Virus record (IMG/VR): IMGVR_UViG_3300025853_000086
Span: 1-60,123 of that record
Length of the DNA: 60,123 nucleotides
Source of the DNA: a virus
Lineage: Duplodnaviria > Caudoviricetes
Reading direction: 5' to 3' (one strand)
A program made the translations under genes and the position numbers. Numbering within the stretch: position 1 is the first letter of the stretch; every line of letters begins with the position of its first letter. Shown one piece after another: positions 17,130-27,800 of the stretch. The notes beneath the pieces are model-generated. The model saw only the letters and a program-made list of their open reading frames with translations. It was not told the origin of the DNA and did not search any database.

Positions 17130-17426
17130 TTAATGTATTGTTGGGGAAGATATATTTACCGTTGTTTCCGGCAAGGTTAAAAAAGTAGTTATAAACGAGC
17201 TATACTCCATTTCAACTTCTACGTACTCGGTCAGCCCCACTAAAACAGTTATTACAACACCGTCGTCTGGTAGGTTTACTATCTTAGCTACCGGAAAATT
17301 GTGGTTTTCTTCTAACTGTTCTAACAACTCGGGGTCAACCCAGTGGCTAAGATCTAACTGTATAGCCGTTTGGTTGATCTGGGTAAGCGTATGCTTGTCC
17401 ATGTACTTTATTTTCTGGGTTGCCAT
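17130..17426 (-). CDS. Hypothetical protein
   Basis: 98-aa ORF, SD GGAG, upstream promoter. Confidence 0.7.
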   Translation of the reverse strand: MATQKIKYMDKHTLTQINQTAIQLDLSHWVDPELLEQLEENHNFPVAKIVNLPDDGVVITVLVGLTEYVEVEMEYSSFITTFLTLPETTVNISSPTIH

Positions 17427-17461
17427 GCTTTACTCCATAAGTATTATTTAATGGCAACGCC

Positions 17462-17490
17462 AGTGTAGTGTCAACTGTGTGTTTTGATAA
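17462..17490 (-). promoter_or_regulatory. Sigma70-like promoter
   Basis: TTATCA-N17-TACACT. Confidence 0.55.
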
Positions 17491-17497
17491 GCCTTTG

Positions 17498-18193
17498 TTA
17501 CTCTTGTTTGTTCAAGCCTTTGTAGAACTGGTCAACCCTGCGTAACCACATATCCTTATATTTTTGGAACTCTTTGCCATACACACCAAACTCCGAGGTA
17601 GTACCATCCCTCACTGCCATGAGAATAATGGCGTGGTCTATGTCTGTTCCGTGCAGCTCGTTATGAGCCAGAGCATATGCAGCCAGTTGGCAAAAATAAT
17701 CTTCAATCCATTCACGCCGCTTAGGTTTATTGCTCTGTTTGAAGTCTACGATGCAAGGTTTATCCCTGTAAACACCCACCAAGTCTGTGGTTCCTGCGTA
17801 TTTATCAGGATAATAGAGCATGACTTCGCTGCCCCAGACCTCGTTCAAATACTTAAAGTAAGTATGGATTAACTTGTAGCCCATGCTGTAGCCCTGAATC
17901 ATTTGCCAATCGGTTGGGACAGGCAAAGGTCGGTCGGCTAACATCTCCTCTATAACAAGGTGCATATAAGTACCTACTTGGGCAGCGTCGTCGCGGATGC
18001 GGTCAGCCTCGGCTTGGCCTACCCGCTCAACCCATTTAAGAAGAGATTCTTTATCTTCTTTGGTCTCCCCTAGAATGGTGGTAACACTAGGGAGCTTTTG
18101 GTCCCCGCAGACGTACCTTCGACCTTCGGGCAGGTCTTGGCGTTCTAATGTTTGATACTGGTAGGGTGGGTTTATTTCAAAAAGGGGTGGCAT
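17498..18193 (-). CDS. PD-(D/E)xK exonuclease
   Basis: PSVTTIL, GT.MH, YAGTTDL, IVDFKQS and QLAAYA motifs. Confidence 0.9.
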   Translation of the reverse strand: MPPLFEINPPYQYQTLERQDLPEGRRYVCGDQKLPSVTTILGETKEDKESLLKWVERVGQAEADRIRDDAAQVGTYMHLVIEEMLADRPLPVPTDWQMIQGYSMGYKLIHTYFKYLNEVWGSEVMLYYPDKYAGTTDLVGVYRDKPCIVDFKQSNKPKRREWIEDYFCQLAAYALAHNELHGTDIDHAIILMAVRDGTTSEFGVYGKEFQKYKDMWLRRVDQFYKGLNKQE

Positions 18194-18200
18194 AGCTTCC

Positions 18201-19718
18201 TCAACAGGGTAGGGAATAACCCTTACTAGACATGGGGTGGATTAAATGCAGGTTCTGCTTTGCTCGGGTTAGGCCAACATAAAAAACCCTCGCCTCGTCT
18301 TCGTCATGGTGGGGCATATTACGCCACATAGAATAGGGCTTGGTCATAGTATCGGTAAGGAGTAAGACGTTATCTGCTTGCGCACCCTTAGAAGAATGAA
18401 TGGTGGATATACGAATGCGAGGTTCTTCTAATAACTTTTCCCCCTTACGGAGACAGGCTTTAATGTAGCCCTTGTCTTGGTCTGTTATCTTACCCATGCC
18501 CTTATCCCAAGGTAGGCTGTGCAATAACCCGTGGGATTGTTGTAAGTCTGCAAGACTGTAGAACACACTATCTTCACCGTCGGGCATTGTTTTACACCCG
18601 TAGGCTATCTGGGTGTGGAGCATCATTTGTTGGTACACCAACCGGACATGCTCGGCGGGTAATCTGGCCCCTTCGCGTAAGTTTTCCCACAAGCGGACAG
18701 CTTCTAAAACACGGCTATCTATACTGCGGCTACCGTTAAACGAATACAAATGCCCCCGCCGCCTGACCTGCTCTTCTATCTGTTGCGCACCCTTGGTTGT
18801 CCTACTTAATAACAACCATTCTCCTTGGGAGATGTTTACCTCCTCCGAGTGACGGTACCAGTTAATAACACCCTGCTCATCTTTAGGGGTAAAGCTCTTA
18901 GGTCTGCGACCAACGACCCGCTCAATCACTTGTTTGCTTAGGGTGTGGTGTAAATGCGGAATGCGATAGCTCTTGTTGAGCAGGGTGACATTGCCCTGTA
19001 GGTTTACAAAGTGTTCTACGTCTGCCCCTGCATACCGGAAGATAGCTTGGTCGTCATCACCGGCGACATAACAAATCTTACTGTTCTTTTGCAGCAAAGC
19101 AACCATCTCCCATTGGATGGGAGAAAGGTCTTGGGCTTCGTCTATGAACACCACCTCTAACTTGGGAGCAGCTTCTCTTTTCAAAAACAGCTCGAGCATT
19201 CCGGTGTAATCGTACAAACTGTTTTGCTCTTTCCAATGGTTTAACCCACGCTGAACATAGTCTACACGTTCCCAATCGGTTTTACGGGGGACAATACTGT
19301 CGTTGTATAGTTTACGCAAAGGTTGGCGCATGATACGCGCCATGTTGATTATTTCTAAAAACTTGTCCCCGTAACCAAAGTCTTTGTATGGGCCTTGATC
19401 TATCTGCGGTCCGGAATAAAACTTACCTATCTTTAACCAATCGGCAATCTCTTGGTACTTGGCAGGGTTCATAATTTGAGAGTGGGTCAGTCCGGCTTGT
19501 AAAAAAGCCAGACTGTGGAGCGTTCTAAAATAAGGGAGGTCTAACTTATTAAGACTAAACTTCTTCATCGCTCGGGATACCGCCTCTTCCGCTGCCCTGC
19601 GTGTAAAAGCAAAGTAGCCAATACGATCCGGCGGCACACCCTTTTCTAAATACTCTTCTACCAAGGACAACAGTTTAGTGGTTTTACCTGTTCCGGGAGG
19701 TCCTAGAATAATATTCAC
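18201..19718 (-). CDS. UvrD/Rep-like SF1 helicase
   Basis: GPPGTGKT, DEAQD, GDDDQAIF, TIHSSKG and YVGLTRA motifs. Confidence 0.95.
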   Translation of the reverse strand: MNIILGPPGTGKTTKLLSLVEEYLEKGVPPDRIGYFAFTRRAAEEAVSRAMKKFSLNKLDLPYFRTLHSLAFLQAGLTHSQIMNPAKYQEIADWLKIGKFYSGPQIDQGPYKDFGYGDKFLEIINMARIMRQPLRKLYNDSIVPRKTDWERVDYVQRGLNHWKEQNSLYDYTGMLELFLKREAAPKLEVVFIDEAQDLSPIQWEMVALLQKNSKICYVAGDDDQAIFRYAGADVEHFVNLQGNVTLLNKSYRIPHLHHTLSKQVIERVVGRRPKSFTPKDEQGVINWYRHSEEVNISQGEWLLLSRTTKGAQQIEEQVRRRGHLYSFNGSRSIDSRVLEAVRLWENLREGARLPAEHVRLVYQQMMLHTQIAYGCKTMPDGEDSVFYSLADLQQSHGLLHSLPWDKGMGKITDQDKGYIKACLRKGEKLLEEPRIRISTIHSSKGAQADNVLLLTDTMTKPYSMWRNMPHHDEDEARVFYVGLTRAKQNLHLIHPMSSKGYSLPC

Positions 19719-21238
19719 TAAAGAATGCCTTCGTTTGGTAGCTCAGGTAACGGAATGGACTCTTCATACTCTTGGAAGTAATCCTGTGGTAAAGACCAGA
19801 CATGCACTCCCTTGCCCCGTACCCGCCAAAACATCTTTTCGGCTTGCAGGTCTTGCAGCCGCAAAGTAATCTTGTTGGACGTGTAGTGGTTAAAGTCGTT
19901 CACGTGCAGGTGCTTTTTCAAGTCTTTTACTTGGAACCACACCTTATCGTCAACCCAGACAGCAACCCCTTGCAAAATGTCTTCGCGCTCTTCACCTTTA
20001 GCTCTGTCACAAGCAAAAGCATGGAGCAGGTCTTCAAATTCTCCTTTAATAGTAGCATCCGGTGGGACTTCTACTATAGTTAAATTGTCCAACAATAACT
20101 GAATTGTTGTCTGCCACGCCCGTTGATTTACCGTAACAGGGAACCTGTTGATTTGCGACACACATTCTTTTTGAAAAAAGTTTTGGCTAGTCAGCGCATT
20201 AGTACTCAGTTCTACACGGTTGCCATCCACGTTAAGAATCCAGATAGGTGGGTCGCCATCGATTTTAGTAAGACTGGAAAGGTCATTGGTCACACCCGTC
20301 GGCCCGACACCATACTTGCGTCTTTTACAAACAGCTTTGTCGCAAAAGGGCTTTATGGGTTGGTCTTCGCACTTGTAAAAATACTCTTTCTTTTTTAGCT
20401 GCCGGATTATTGTACCTACCTCGCTGTGGCCTAGGGGCGGGTGTAGGTAATCCATGTTGTAGCGTTGGAGTAGCGTTTCCCAGTTGTCCTCGTCGTACAG
20501 GCGAGCATACACACCTAAGTTGAATAGGGCATTGTTCCGCGAACCTTCACCAAATCCTTTACTGCATAAGTGTTGTAAGCAGGGAGGACCCTCTTCTAAG
20601 ATACCTTCCTTAGTGCCAAAGGACATGTTCAGCTTGCGGAACTTAGCAGGAGTGGTAACAAAGTCTTTGGCGTAGGTTATAAACTGCTCTGGGGTTAAAG
20701 CTACGCCATCGTCGTCGTAACCGTAGCGGGTGGATTTATCACCCGAGTGGTACGGCATATTCAAAAAGTTACCTGTGTCGCCTCGCTCTACAAGAATGGT
20801 GGACTGCTTGGGGAAGATCTCACACCCAGAGTGGCCTAACGCCGCACTGAGCTCTGCCATCTTGCGCTGGACTTCCTCTGCGGGGATGGCTTCTGTTAAA
20901 AATATCCAGACGTGCGCCCCACCACTCTTTGTTCTCCCCACTACGGCGGGTATCTTGTTGGCGCGGAGGGTGGTTACTAAATCTTTTTGGACTACGTCGT
21001 ACTGGTCTATATCTATTGCGCCCCAACGGCAAAGGTTCTCGCTGTTGATAGGGATAATACCAAGGCCGGTTCCACCTTTTAAATGCTCTTCCCACATGTC
21101 GGCGGTGGTTGGCTCGCGTATAACTTTTGCTGTGCCTTGTTTCTTGCCGTCGCGGTCGCGGGTGGTACTAACAACATAAGTCCCGTGGGCTATGTCGCTG
21201 CCTTTGAATAACTCATAAAATTCGTGTGCTAGTGTCAT
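19718..21238 (-). CDS. Primase-like protein (AEP with PriCT-like domain)
   Basis: WGAIDID, RTKSGGAH, GNFLNMPY and PPCL...EGSRNNALF motifs. Confidence 0.8.
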   Translation of the reverse strand: MTLAHEFYELFKGSDIAHGTYVVSTTRDRDGKKQGTAKVIREPTTADMWEEHLKGGTGLGIIPINSENLCRWGAIDIDQYDVVQKDLVTTLRANKIPAVVGRTKSGGAHVWIFLTEAIPAEEVQRKMAELSAALGHSGCEIFPKQSTILVERGDTGNFLNMPYHSGDKSTRYGYDDDGVALTPEQFITYAKDFVTTPAKFRKLNMSFGTKEGILEEGPPCLQHLCSKGFGEGSRNNALFNLGVYARLYDEDNWETLLQRYNMDYLHPPLGHSEVGTIIRQLKKKEYFYKCEDQPIKPFCDKAVCKRRKYGVGPTGVTNDLSSLTKIDGDPPIWILNVDGNRVELSTNALTSQNFFQKECVSQINRFPVTVNQRAWQTTIQLLLDNLTIVEVPPDATIKGEFEDLLHAFACDRAKGEEREDILQGVAVWVDDKVWFQVKDLKKHLHVNDFNHYTSNKITLRLQDLQAEKMFWRVRGKGVHVWSLPQDYFQEYEESIPLPELPNEGIL

Positions 21239-21253
21239 ACTGCCTCCAGTAGT

Positions 21254-21294
21254 AAAAGGTGGGATCCCCCCTGTAAATGCAAAGGGGATCCCGC
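21254..21294 (-). terminator. Hairpin between the SSB-like gene and primase (terminator or attenuator)
   Basis: GGGATCCCC...GGGGATCCC stem followed by ACCTTTT on the minus strand. Confidence 0.6.
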
Positions 21295-21326
21295 AGTTTT
21301 AGGGCGATCAACCCCTACTACTGTTC

Positions 21327-22148
21327 TTACATGACACCATCGTCAAATTCTTCTGGGGTAAGGTCATCGTCCGAAGCATCAACCTTCGCCGCTTCTTGTT
21401 CTTTGACCTGTACCTCACCTGCTTTTACAGATTTAGCAAACGCCATTGCCATATCAAACAGGGTTGCATCGTCTGGGTCTTGTGGGTTTAAACCACGCTC
21501 GCGTGTGATATCCCAACCGAACCACGAACCTTCGTCGTTTTGCTCGTGGACTGTTTTAGCACGGTACACTTGGGACATCAACGGCATGATATACACACCC
21601 TTGGCACCCTTGGCTGTTAAAGACTGGGCTTGGGTCATCCATTTACGGGCTTTCTTCAACTGGGTACTGGTCATCGTAATCAATGCACGTTGTGGGCCGA
21701 GTTCTGGGTGTAATACAAGTACAAAAAACTGTGCAGTATTTTGGAGATAGTTGCCATTGGGCAGCATATCTTGGTGGGTACGCTCATCCCTGCGGGTGGT
21801 TGCTACAATGGGGTCGGTTGGCTCATACGCCTGAACGTAACCACCACCTTGTTCGCGGGGCTTCCACTCTACAAACCTACGGCTGTAGTGGCAGGGAATA
21901 AGCTGGACACCTTCCTCGCCGTTGTACACTTCGTTAAGTACAGTATTAAAGAACATACCTTCCTCGGCACCTTCTACATAAGCACCGTCACGCTTATTTT
22001 TCTGTGGTGACATGGCTTGCAGAATACGCAGGAATGGGATGGCAAGGTCTTCGCTGGTTACTTCGCTAAAGCCTAGGTCGCCAAACTCTTCAAAACCCTC
22101 GTACACAGTAGGCAGGGCATCTGTTTTAGTTGCTACTTCTTTAGTCAT
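21327..22148 (-). CDS. Putative single-stranded DNA-binding protein
   Basis: DLAIPFLRILQ.MSPQ motif, acidic C-terminal tail, position in the replication module. Confidence 0.65.
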   Translation of the reverse strand: MTKEVATKTDALPTVYEGFEEFGDLGFSEVTSEDLAIPFLRILQAMSPQKNKRDGAYVEGAEEGMFFNTVLNEVYNGEEGVQLIPCHYSRRFVEWKPREQGGGYVQAYEPTDPIVATTRRDERTHQDMLPNGNYLQNTAQFFVLVLHPELGPQRALITMTSTQLKKARKWMTQAQSLTAKGAKGVYIMPLMSQVYRAKTVHEQNDEGSWFGWDITRERGLNPQDPDDATLFDMAMAFAKSVKAGEVQVKEQEAAKVDASDDDLTPEEFDDGVM

Positions 22149-22150
22149 GG

Positions 22151-22711
22151 TTATATTCCTTTCTTGGGAGTTACGATTTTTGTTTTTTCGCCTATAAACA
22201 AGCCAAACATGTCAGCGGGGATGTTAGCCCCTTTCTCGGTTTGGTCTTTTACAAACGCCTTAAGTGTCATGGGTTCTACCCACTTTTTAGTGCTGACTGC
22301 CATACCTTTCTGCTCGAGGTCTCGCGCAAACAGTTCGGCTTGCTCCTCTTGCCCACGCACAAAATTAGTAGCCACTTGGTTTTTGATTAAATCACCAAAG
22401 CCGTTATCCACTAACCAACTGAACGCTTGGTCGGTTTTATCTTTGGGGATGCTAGCACTGTAGAACTTACCTACAGAAACACTAGACCCGTCAGCTAATT
22501 CCAACTTGGATATGCCATACTCCGACATAGCAGCAGGTAGTTGGTCCTCGGAAATAGAGCGGAGTGCCTTTTTAGTTTCTTTTACTTCTTCCTCGAGTTC
22601 GGCAATGCGTAACTCTAAGGTTTGTTGGGTTCTAGCTAGGCTGCTAACCTTGCTGAGGCCTTGTTCGTCAACAGAAGAAAGTTCTCCCGCCGCTTGCTCA
22701 AAATCAACCAT
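22151..22711 (-). CDS. Conserved replication-module protein (coiled coil)
   Basis: AF.WL..NG.GDLIK and VEPMTLKAFV motifs. Confidence 0.75.
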   Translation of the reverse strand: MVDFEQAAGELSSVDEQGLSKVSSLARTQQTLELRIAELEEEVKETKKALRSISEDQLPAAMSEYGISKLELADGSSVSVGKFYSASIPKDKTDQAFSWLVDNGFGDLIKNQVATNFVRGQEEQAELFARDLEQKGMAVSTKKWVEPMTLKAFVKDQTEKGANIPADMFGLFIGEKTKIVTPKKGI

Positions 22712-23048
22712 CGGTAGGGTCTCCTGTTTTATGGTAAAGGTCTGCTTCTAAGGGGAGGTATTTGGCAAGCTGCCTGTCCCACTTAAGCATTTTGAATCTG
22801 CCATTGTTATGCCTACTAGCAATAGCAGCCGAAAGAGCAATAATCGCAGGGTCACCGGCAAGTAATATGTAGTCTTGGTCGTTAAACTTGGATAGCTTGC
22901 GGTTAATCTTGCGAATAGCAGGTTGGGTAGACCAAGCTGCTTGCTCCTCTGCGGGGATAAGTATTTCAAGATCGCCAAAGGTACTAGCGTCTGTAATGTC
23001 TCGGCCACGCACTTCTTGCGTTATGTAAACGGTCATGTCTTTCTCCAC
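22704..23048 (-). CDS. Conserved hypothetical protein
   Basis: DYILLAGDP and LKWDRQ..Y motifs. Confidence 0.8.
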   Translation of the reverse strand: MEKDMTVYITQEVRGRDITDASTFGDLEILIPAEEQAAWSTQPAIRKINRKLSKFNDQDYILLAGDPAIIALSAAIASRHNNGRFKMLKWDRQLAKYLPLEADLYHKTGDPTDG

Positions 23049-23149
23049 ATGAGTTAATTGGTATACCCTTTATTGCAAAGGGGTAGTTATAGTAGCCCAA
23101 AGATAAAAAATAGCAAACTCGTTTTTGCTCCAATATATTTCAGTAAACC

Positions 23150-23318
23150 ACTTTACATAATAGGTCGAAATTCGCGAACGTAAGTGCTTGAAAATAATTC
23201 ATAAATTGCCGCGCGAACACGAAAGAAGTGAACAACTGAGTGATATTGTATATTGTATATCGGAAATTGTTAAAAAACTAATTTTAGTACATCCGACTTT
23301 TACTCCTATTATGTAAAG
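23150..23318. repeat. Inverted-repeat-bounded element B, homolog of element A
   Basis: Left arm ACTTTACATAATAGGTCGAAATTCGCGA; right arm CCTATTATGTAAAG; internal GCCGCGCGAACACGA shared with A. Confidence 0.88.
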
Positions 23319-23343
23319 CTGTTACAATTAGACCAAACAAGAG

Positions 23344-23372
23344 TTGTTCTGCTGCCGCCCTACACCTATACT
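23344..23372 (+). promoter_or_regulatory. Sigma70-like promoter of the helicase
   Basis: TTGTTC-N17-TATACT, preceded by AAACAAGAG. Confidence 0.7.
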
Positions 23373-23410
23373 TACCGTACCCTAATAGAAAGGTGGGTGA
23401 GGAAAAAACA

Positions 23411-24850
23411 ATGCGATACAGATTCAAGTACAAGCCGTACCAACATCAGCTTGATGCTTTGGAAAAGGCATGGGATAAACCCTTTTTTGCGTTCTTCATG
23501 GATATGGGCACCGGAAAGTCTAAGGTGCTTATAGATAATATGTCTATGCTGTATGACAAAGGCCGTATTACCGGAGCGTTAATTGTTGCACCCAAAGGGG
23601 TGTACAAAAACTGGGAGCGTAAAGAGCTGCCCACACACCTGCCCGACCATGTAAAAGTGAACATCGTGGCGTGGTCACCAGAAAAAACAAAAAAGAAAGA
23701 AAAAGAGCTAGCTACGTTGTTCGAGGTTAGCGACGACTTGCAAATCTTCGTTATGAACGTGGAAGCCTTTTCTAGCAAGCGGGGGGTGGATATAGCAGGT
23801 AAGTTTTTGTTTTGTCATAAAGCTCTTTTAGCCGTGGACGAAAGCACCACCATAAAATCTAAAGACGCAGGTCGCACAAAAAACCTGTTGAAACTAGCAC
23901 GGAAGTCTCCCTACCGCAGGATCCTAACCGGATCTCCGGTTACCAAGTCTCCTTTGGATTTGTTTACCCAGTGCGAATTTTTAGAGGACAGCGCCCTAGG
24001 CCACGGCAGTTTTTGGACATTCCAAAGCCGGTACGCCAAATTGGTTCGCACTACGATGGGTGCCCACTCGTTTAACAAAATAGTAGGTTATCAAAATTTA
24101 GACGAGCTTAACGGCATAATAGAACCGTTTAGTTTTAGAGTGCGCAAAGAAGATTGCTTAGACTTACCCGACAAGGTATACACCAAGCGCACCGTAGAGC
24201 TAACTAAAGAGCAAGCCATCCTTTACGAACAAATGAAACGCAACGCCCTAGCCATTATCCAAGGCGAGGGTTTGGTTACTGCAAGTACCGTCTTAACCCA
24301 GATGTTGCGCTTGCAACAAGTGTGTTCTGGTTTTGCAAAACTAGAAGACGACCGCGTGGTCACCGTGCCAAGTAACAAACTTACCGAGCTGATGTCTGCC
24401 ATAGAGGAAATCGATGGCAAGGTTATTATCTGGGGTAATTTTACCCACGACCTGCACCTCATAGGCGACGCGTTGAAAAAAGTCTACGGCACAGAAAGTG
24501 TTGCCCTGTTTTACGGTGAAACACCCACCGAAGAGCGCCAAGACATTGTGGAAAACTTCCAAGATCCTGCTAACCCTCTGCGCTTTTTTGTTGGTCAACC
24601 ACGCACCGGCGGTTATGGCTTAACGCTTACCGAGGCCAATACTGTTATCTACTACTCCAACGGCTACGACCTAGAGGTGCGCCTCCAATCCGAAGACCGT
24701 GCCCACCGTATCGGCCAGACCAACAAAGTAACCTACATAGATTTAGTGGTGGAAAACACCCTAGACGAAAAAGTCCTGCAAGCCCTGCGTAACAAGATAG
24801 ATATCAGTACGCAGGTCATGGCAGAAGACTACAAGCAGTGGATAGTTTAG
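23411..24850 (+). CDS. SNF2-family helicase, the only convincing plus-strand gene
   Basis: MDMGTGKS, DES, LTGSP and QSEDRAHRIGQ motifs. Confidence 0.95.
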   Translation: MRYRFKYKPYQHQLDALEKAWDKPFFAFFMDMGTGKSKVLIDNMSMLYDKGRITGALIVAPKGVYKNWERKELPTHLPDHVKVNIVAWSPEKTKKKEKELATLFEVSDDLQIFVMNVEAFSSKRGVDIAGKFLFCHKALLAVDESTTIKSKDAGRTKNLLKLARKSPYRRILTGSPVTKSPLDLFTQCEFLEDSALGHGSFWTFQSRYAKLVRTTMGAHSFNKIVGYQNLDELNGIIEPFSFRVRKEDCLDLPDKVYTKRTVELTKEQAILYEQMKRNALAIIQGEGLVTASTVLTQMLRLQQVCSGFAKLEDDRVVTVPSNKLTELMSAIEEIDGKVIIWGNFTHDLHLIGDALKKVYGTESVALFYGETPTEERQDIVENFQDPANPLRFFVGQPRTGGYGLTLTEANTVIYYSNGYDLEVRLQSEDRAHRIGQTNKVTYIDLVVENTLDEKVLQALRNKIDISTQVMAEDYKQWIV

Positions 24851-27800
24851 GCTAAGGAAGCAATGCCCTGTGGTTGTCCGCGCCGCCGCTCTATTGCAGA
24901 TAGGGTAGGATCAAAGGGAAACAGCTCACTAGCCGTTGGTGTTTGTGTCGCCGCTTGTGGTGGAGCCGCCGCCGGAGCCGGTGTTGCAGCCGGAGCCGGA
25001 GCAGTGCGGTTAGGTGGCAAACGGCTAGCATCTACAGCATTAGAGTCTGGTTGTCTTGGTAACCCTTGCATACGCAACAGGTTAGGATCCATCCCAGGAG
25101 CTGGCCCCGTTGGTACCGCCGGTCCGCTGACAGGTAAGTCAACCGAGACAGACCGCTCACCTTCCCCTGTTGGCAGTTGGTCTTCTATAGAGTAATTGAT
25201 TCCATTAGCAAACAACCACGCGTTGAGCCTACGCTTAGTGGCGGGGAGCATTTGGGTACCTCCTCTAGGTGTACCTGTTAATAGAGCAGTTATTTCTGGG
25301 TCGAATATCATTTCTCGCAGAATGGCATCGGTCCGTAGACTACTATTCCTGCCTACCGCACGACTAACCACATAACCCAAAGCAGACAAGCCAGATATAC
25401 GGCCTTCGGCTGTTGCCCTTGCTAATGTACTTAACGACCGTAACGACGTGCCCGTAAGAGCCTCGAGGGCACCACCTTCGCCTATTAAACTTTCCGGTGT
25501 TATTTGCGCACCCCTGTTTAATTCACCTGTCGTCTGTAACCTGCGGAAGGTCTCCCCTGCTAACAATAAATTATCTAAGTGTTCTTGGCCGAAAGCTACT
25601 TCCAAAGATCGACGGTTCTGGTCCAAAAATTTGATAAACGTTTCTGGACTTTCCGCGTAATTCGGTTGTTTTCTGGTAACCACCTCCCACACACCACGGC
25701 GTAATGTCTTTTCCCTTTGTTGCTTGGCTGCACCAGACAACCCTGCGGTAAGCTCGGTACGCAGTTCGTTCATCAGGCTTGGGTTTTGAATAGCAGCTTC
25801 TAAAACCTTTTCTGGGTTCTCGCCGTTTTTAGCTAATGTTTGGTACAGTTGGTTCTTTTCGATAGCCGTTCGACGAGCAGTCAACTCTGCTTGGCGTTGC
25901 ACACTCTGTTGGATTAACCGTTGGGTATCCCGTAATTGGTCTATAACAGGCACACCACCAATCTCTAACCCCTCTAGCTTGGCAGCGTTCTGGTTTATGT
26001 AGGTGTTCAATTTATCTGGGTCGAACACGCCCTTACTAGGTGAGTATGTTTTGTTGCGTACATCGTCTAAAATCATAGCACCAATGTTGTTCATCATCCG
26101 TGGGTCGTCACCAAACAGGTTAACAAACTCGGTTACGGTATTACTGTTTTCTAAAAACGATTGGGCAACCTGCTCATCTGGGATAACGTAGACAGGGTTT
26201 TCTGGTGTGCTACCTGCTCCTGCACTACGCACACGGAGTGTGCCGTAACGCTCGTAAGGCTCAATCACGTTTTGATTATACCAACCACGGAACTGTTCAA
26301 AGTTATCGTTCACTTGCCCAAAGTTTTTGGCAACGTCGTCTAGCTCATCGGCAAGAATAGCCAAGTTTCGTACATCAGTTTTATTGCCTTTTGCTGCGGC
26401 AGCACCGATAGCCGAGCTGACCTGGTCACGAAACCCCTTCCATTCTTGAAAGCTCAACATCTCATTAGGGTTATCTATATATGCTCTTACTTGACTAGGC
26501 AGACCTGCGTAATCCAATGCTTCTGTCCCGTTAGCGTTTTGGAAAGAACGACGCATCCTCATTCTGGAATCACGGAACGTGGTTGGGTCTAGTATTTCGT
26601 CTGTTTCGTTTATACCCATTTTTGTAGCAAGATTTTGGGCATCGGTTTTGGCTTGGTTGTGACCTTCTATAATAGCAGCACGGATCTGCTGACCTGTTCT
26701 AGCCACTTGTCGACTACCATACTCCGGATACACCCCTGTTCTAGCATTAGCCCAAAGGGAGAAAGAATCGGTTATTCCGTTTAGCTCTGCATCTATTCCG
26801 TTAATAGTAGTTTGGTAATTACCACTAGCTTGGTCGATGATGTACAGCGGGACATCGTCAATCCCAGTACCAGAAAAGTTACTGTTGATGTAGTTCTGTG
26901 CTGCACCCAACGCTCTGTTTTTGCGTTGATTATTCAACTGATTAAACTGAGCAGACCCACGTTCCACGGCACCTGTTTCGGTAGCTATTAGGTTAGGCGA
27001 CTGTAGTCTTTCGGCAGGGCTAAACAAAATGGATTCACCTTCACCCATGTAAGGAGCAAAAGTTGTTTCTATTTGGGATGCTTGGGCTAAGTTTTGGATG
27101 CCTTCGTCGGTGGCAGAAAAAGACTGTATCTCTTGGTTGATGCCACGCAAAGCTCGCTCACCTGTTACCCCTTCCGTTGCTGTTGCGTTACCAAGGATAA
27201 AGTCAGCTTCCTCTGTTACAGCTAAAGTAACAGGCTCTGCTTTTCCTTTTATCCAGTTGAAAGCGTTGCGCACTATAGTAGGCGTGGGTAGGTTTTTAGC
27301 CACATACCATAATCCTGCGGGAGCCAAGGGTAGTAGGCCACCGGCTCCGGTCTGCGTACCAAACAAATCTTGTTCTGCTTGCATACCTATGCCACTGATA
27401 CCCGAAACACCTAATTCTATTCCGGTAGCGGCTCCTGGAGATGTCCGATACGGAGCTATCATTACTTCGCGTACACGGTTTCCAAGATTAGGGTTGTTTG
27501 CAATGGAAGTTAAATCTTCTCCCGTTTTGGAAATGATATTAGCCTTAGGAGTTAGGCTAGCGGCACGTTGGGTCATACCTGCAAAAGGAGCAGCCATAGC
27601 CATCATCTTGCCTGCTTCGCGGCCATAAGTACCAAACCCCTCGGTTGTACCTATGTTCTCACCTTTACCGTAAGACAAGATGTACGGGATGATTGTTTGT
27701 TGGGCTTCGTAATCACCTGAGTTGAAAATACGCAACAGTATGTCGCGGTCGATGCTACCTTCCGGTGCTAGACCGGAAGCTTCTATCCCACGGGAAATTG

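Noticed and set aside
17498-18193. Cas4 of a CRISPR system
   Set aside because: It lacks the Fe-S cysteine set and sits in a replication module.
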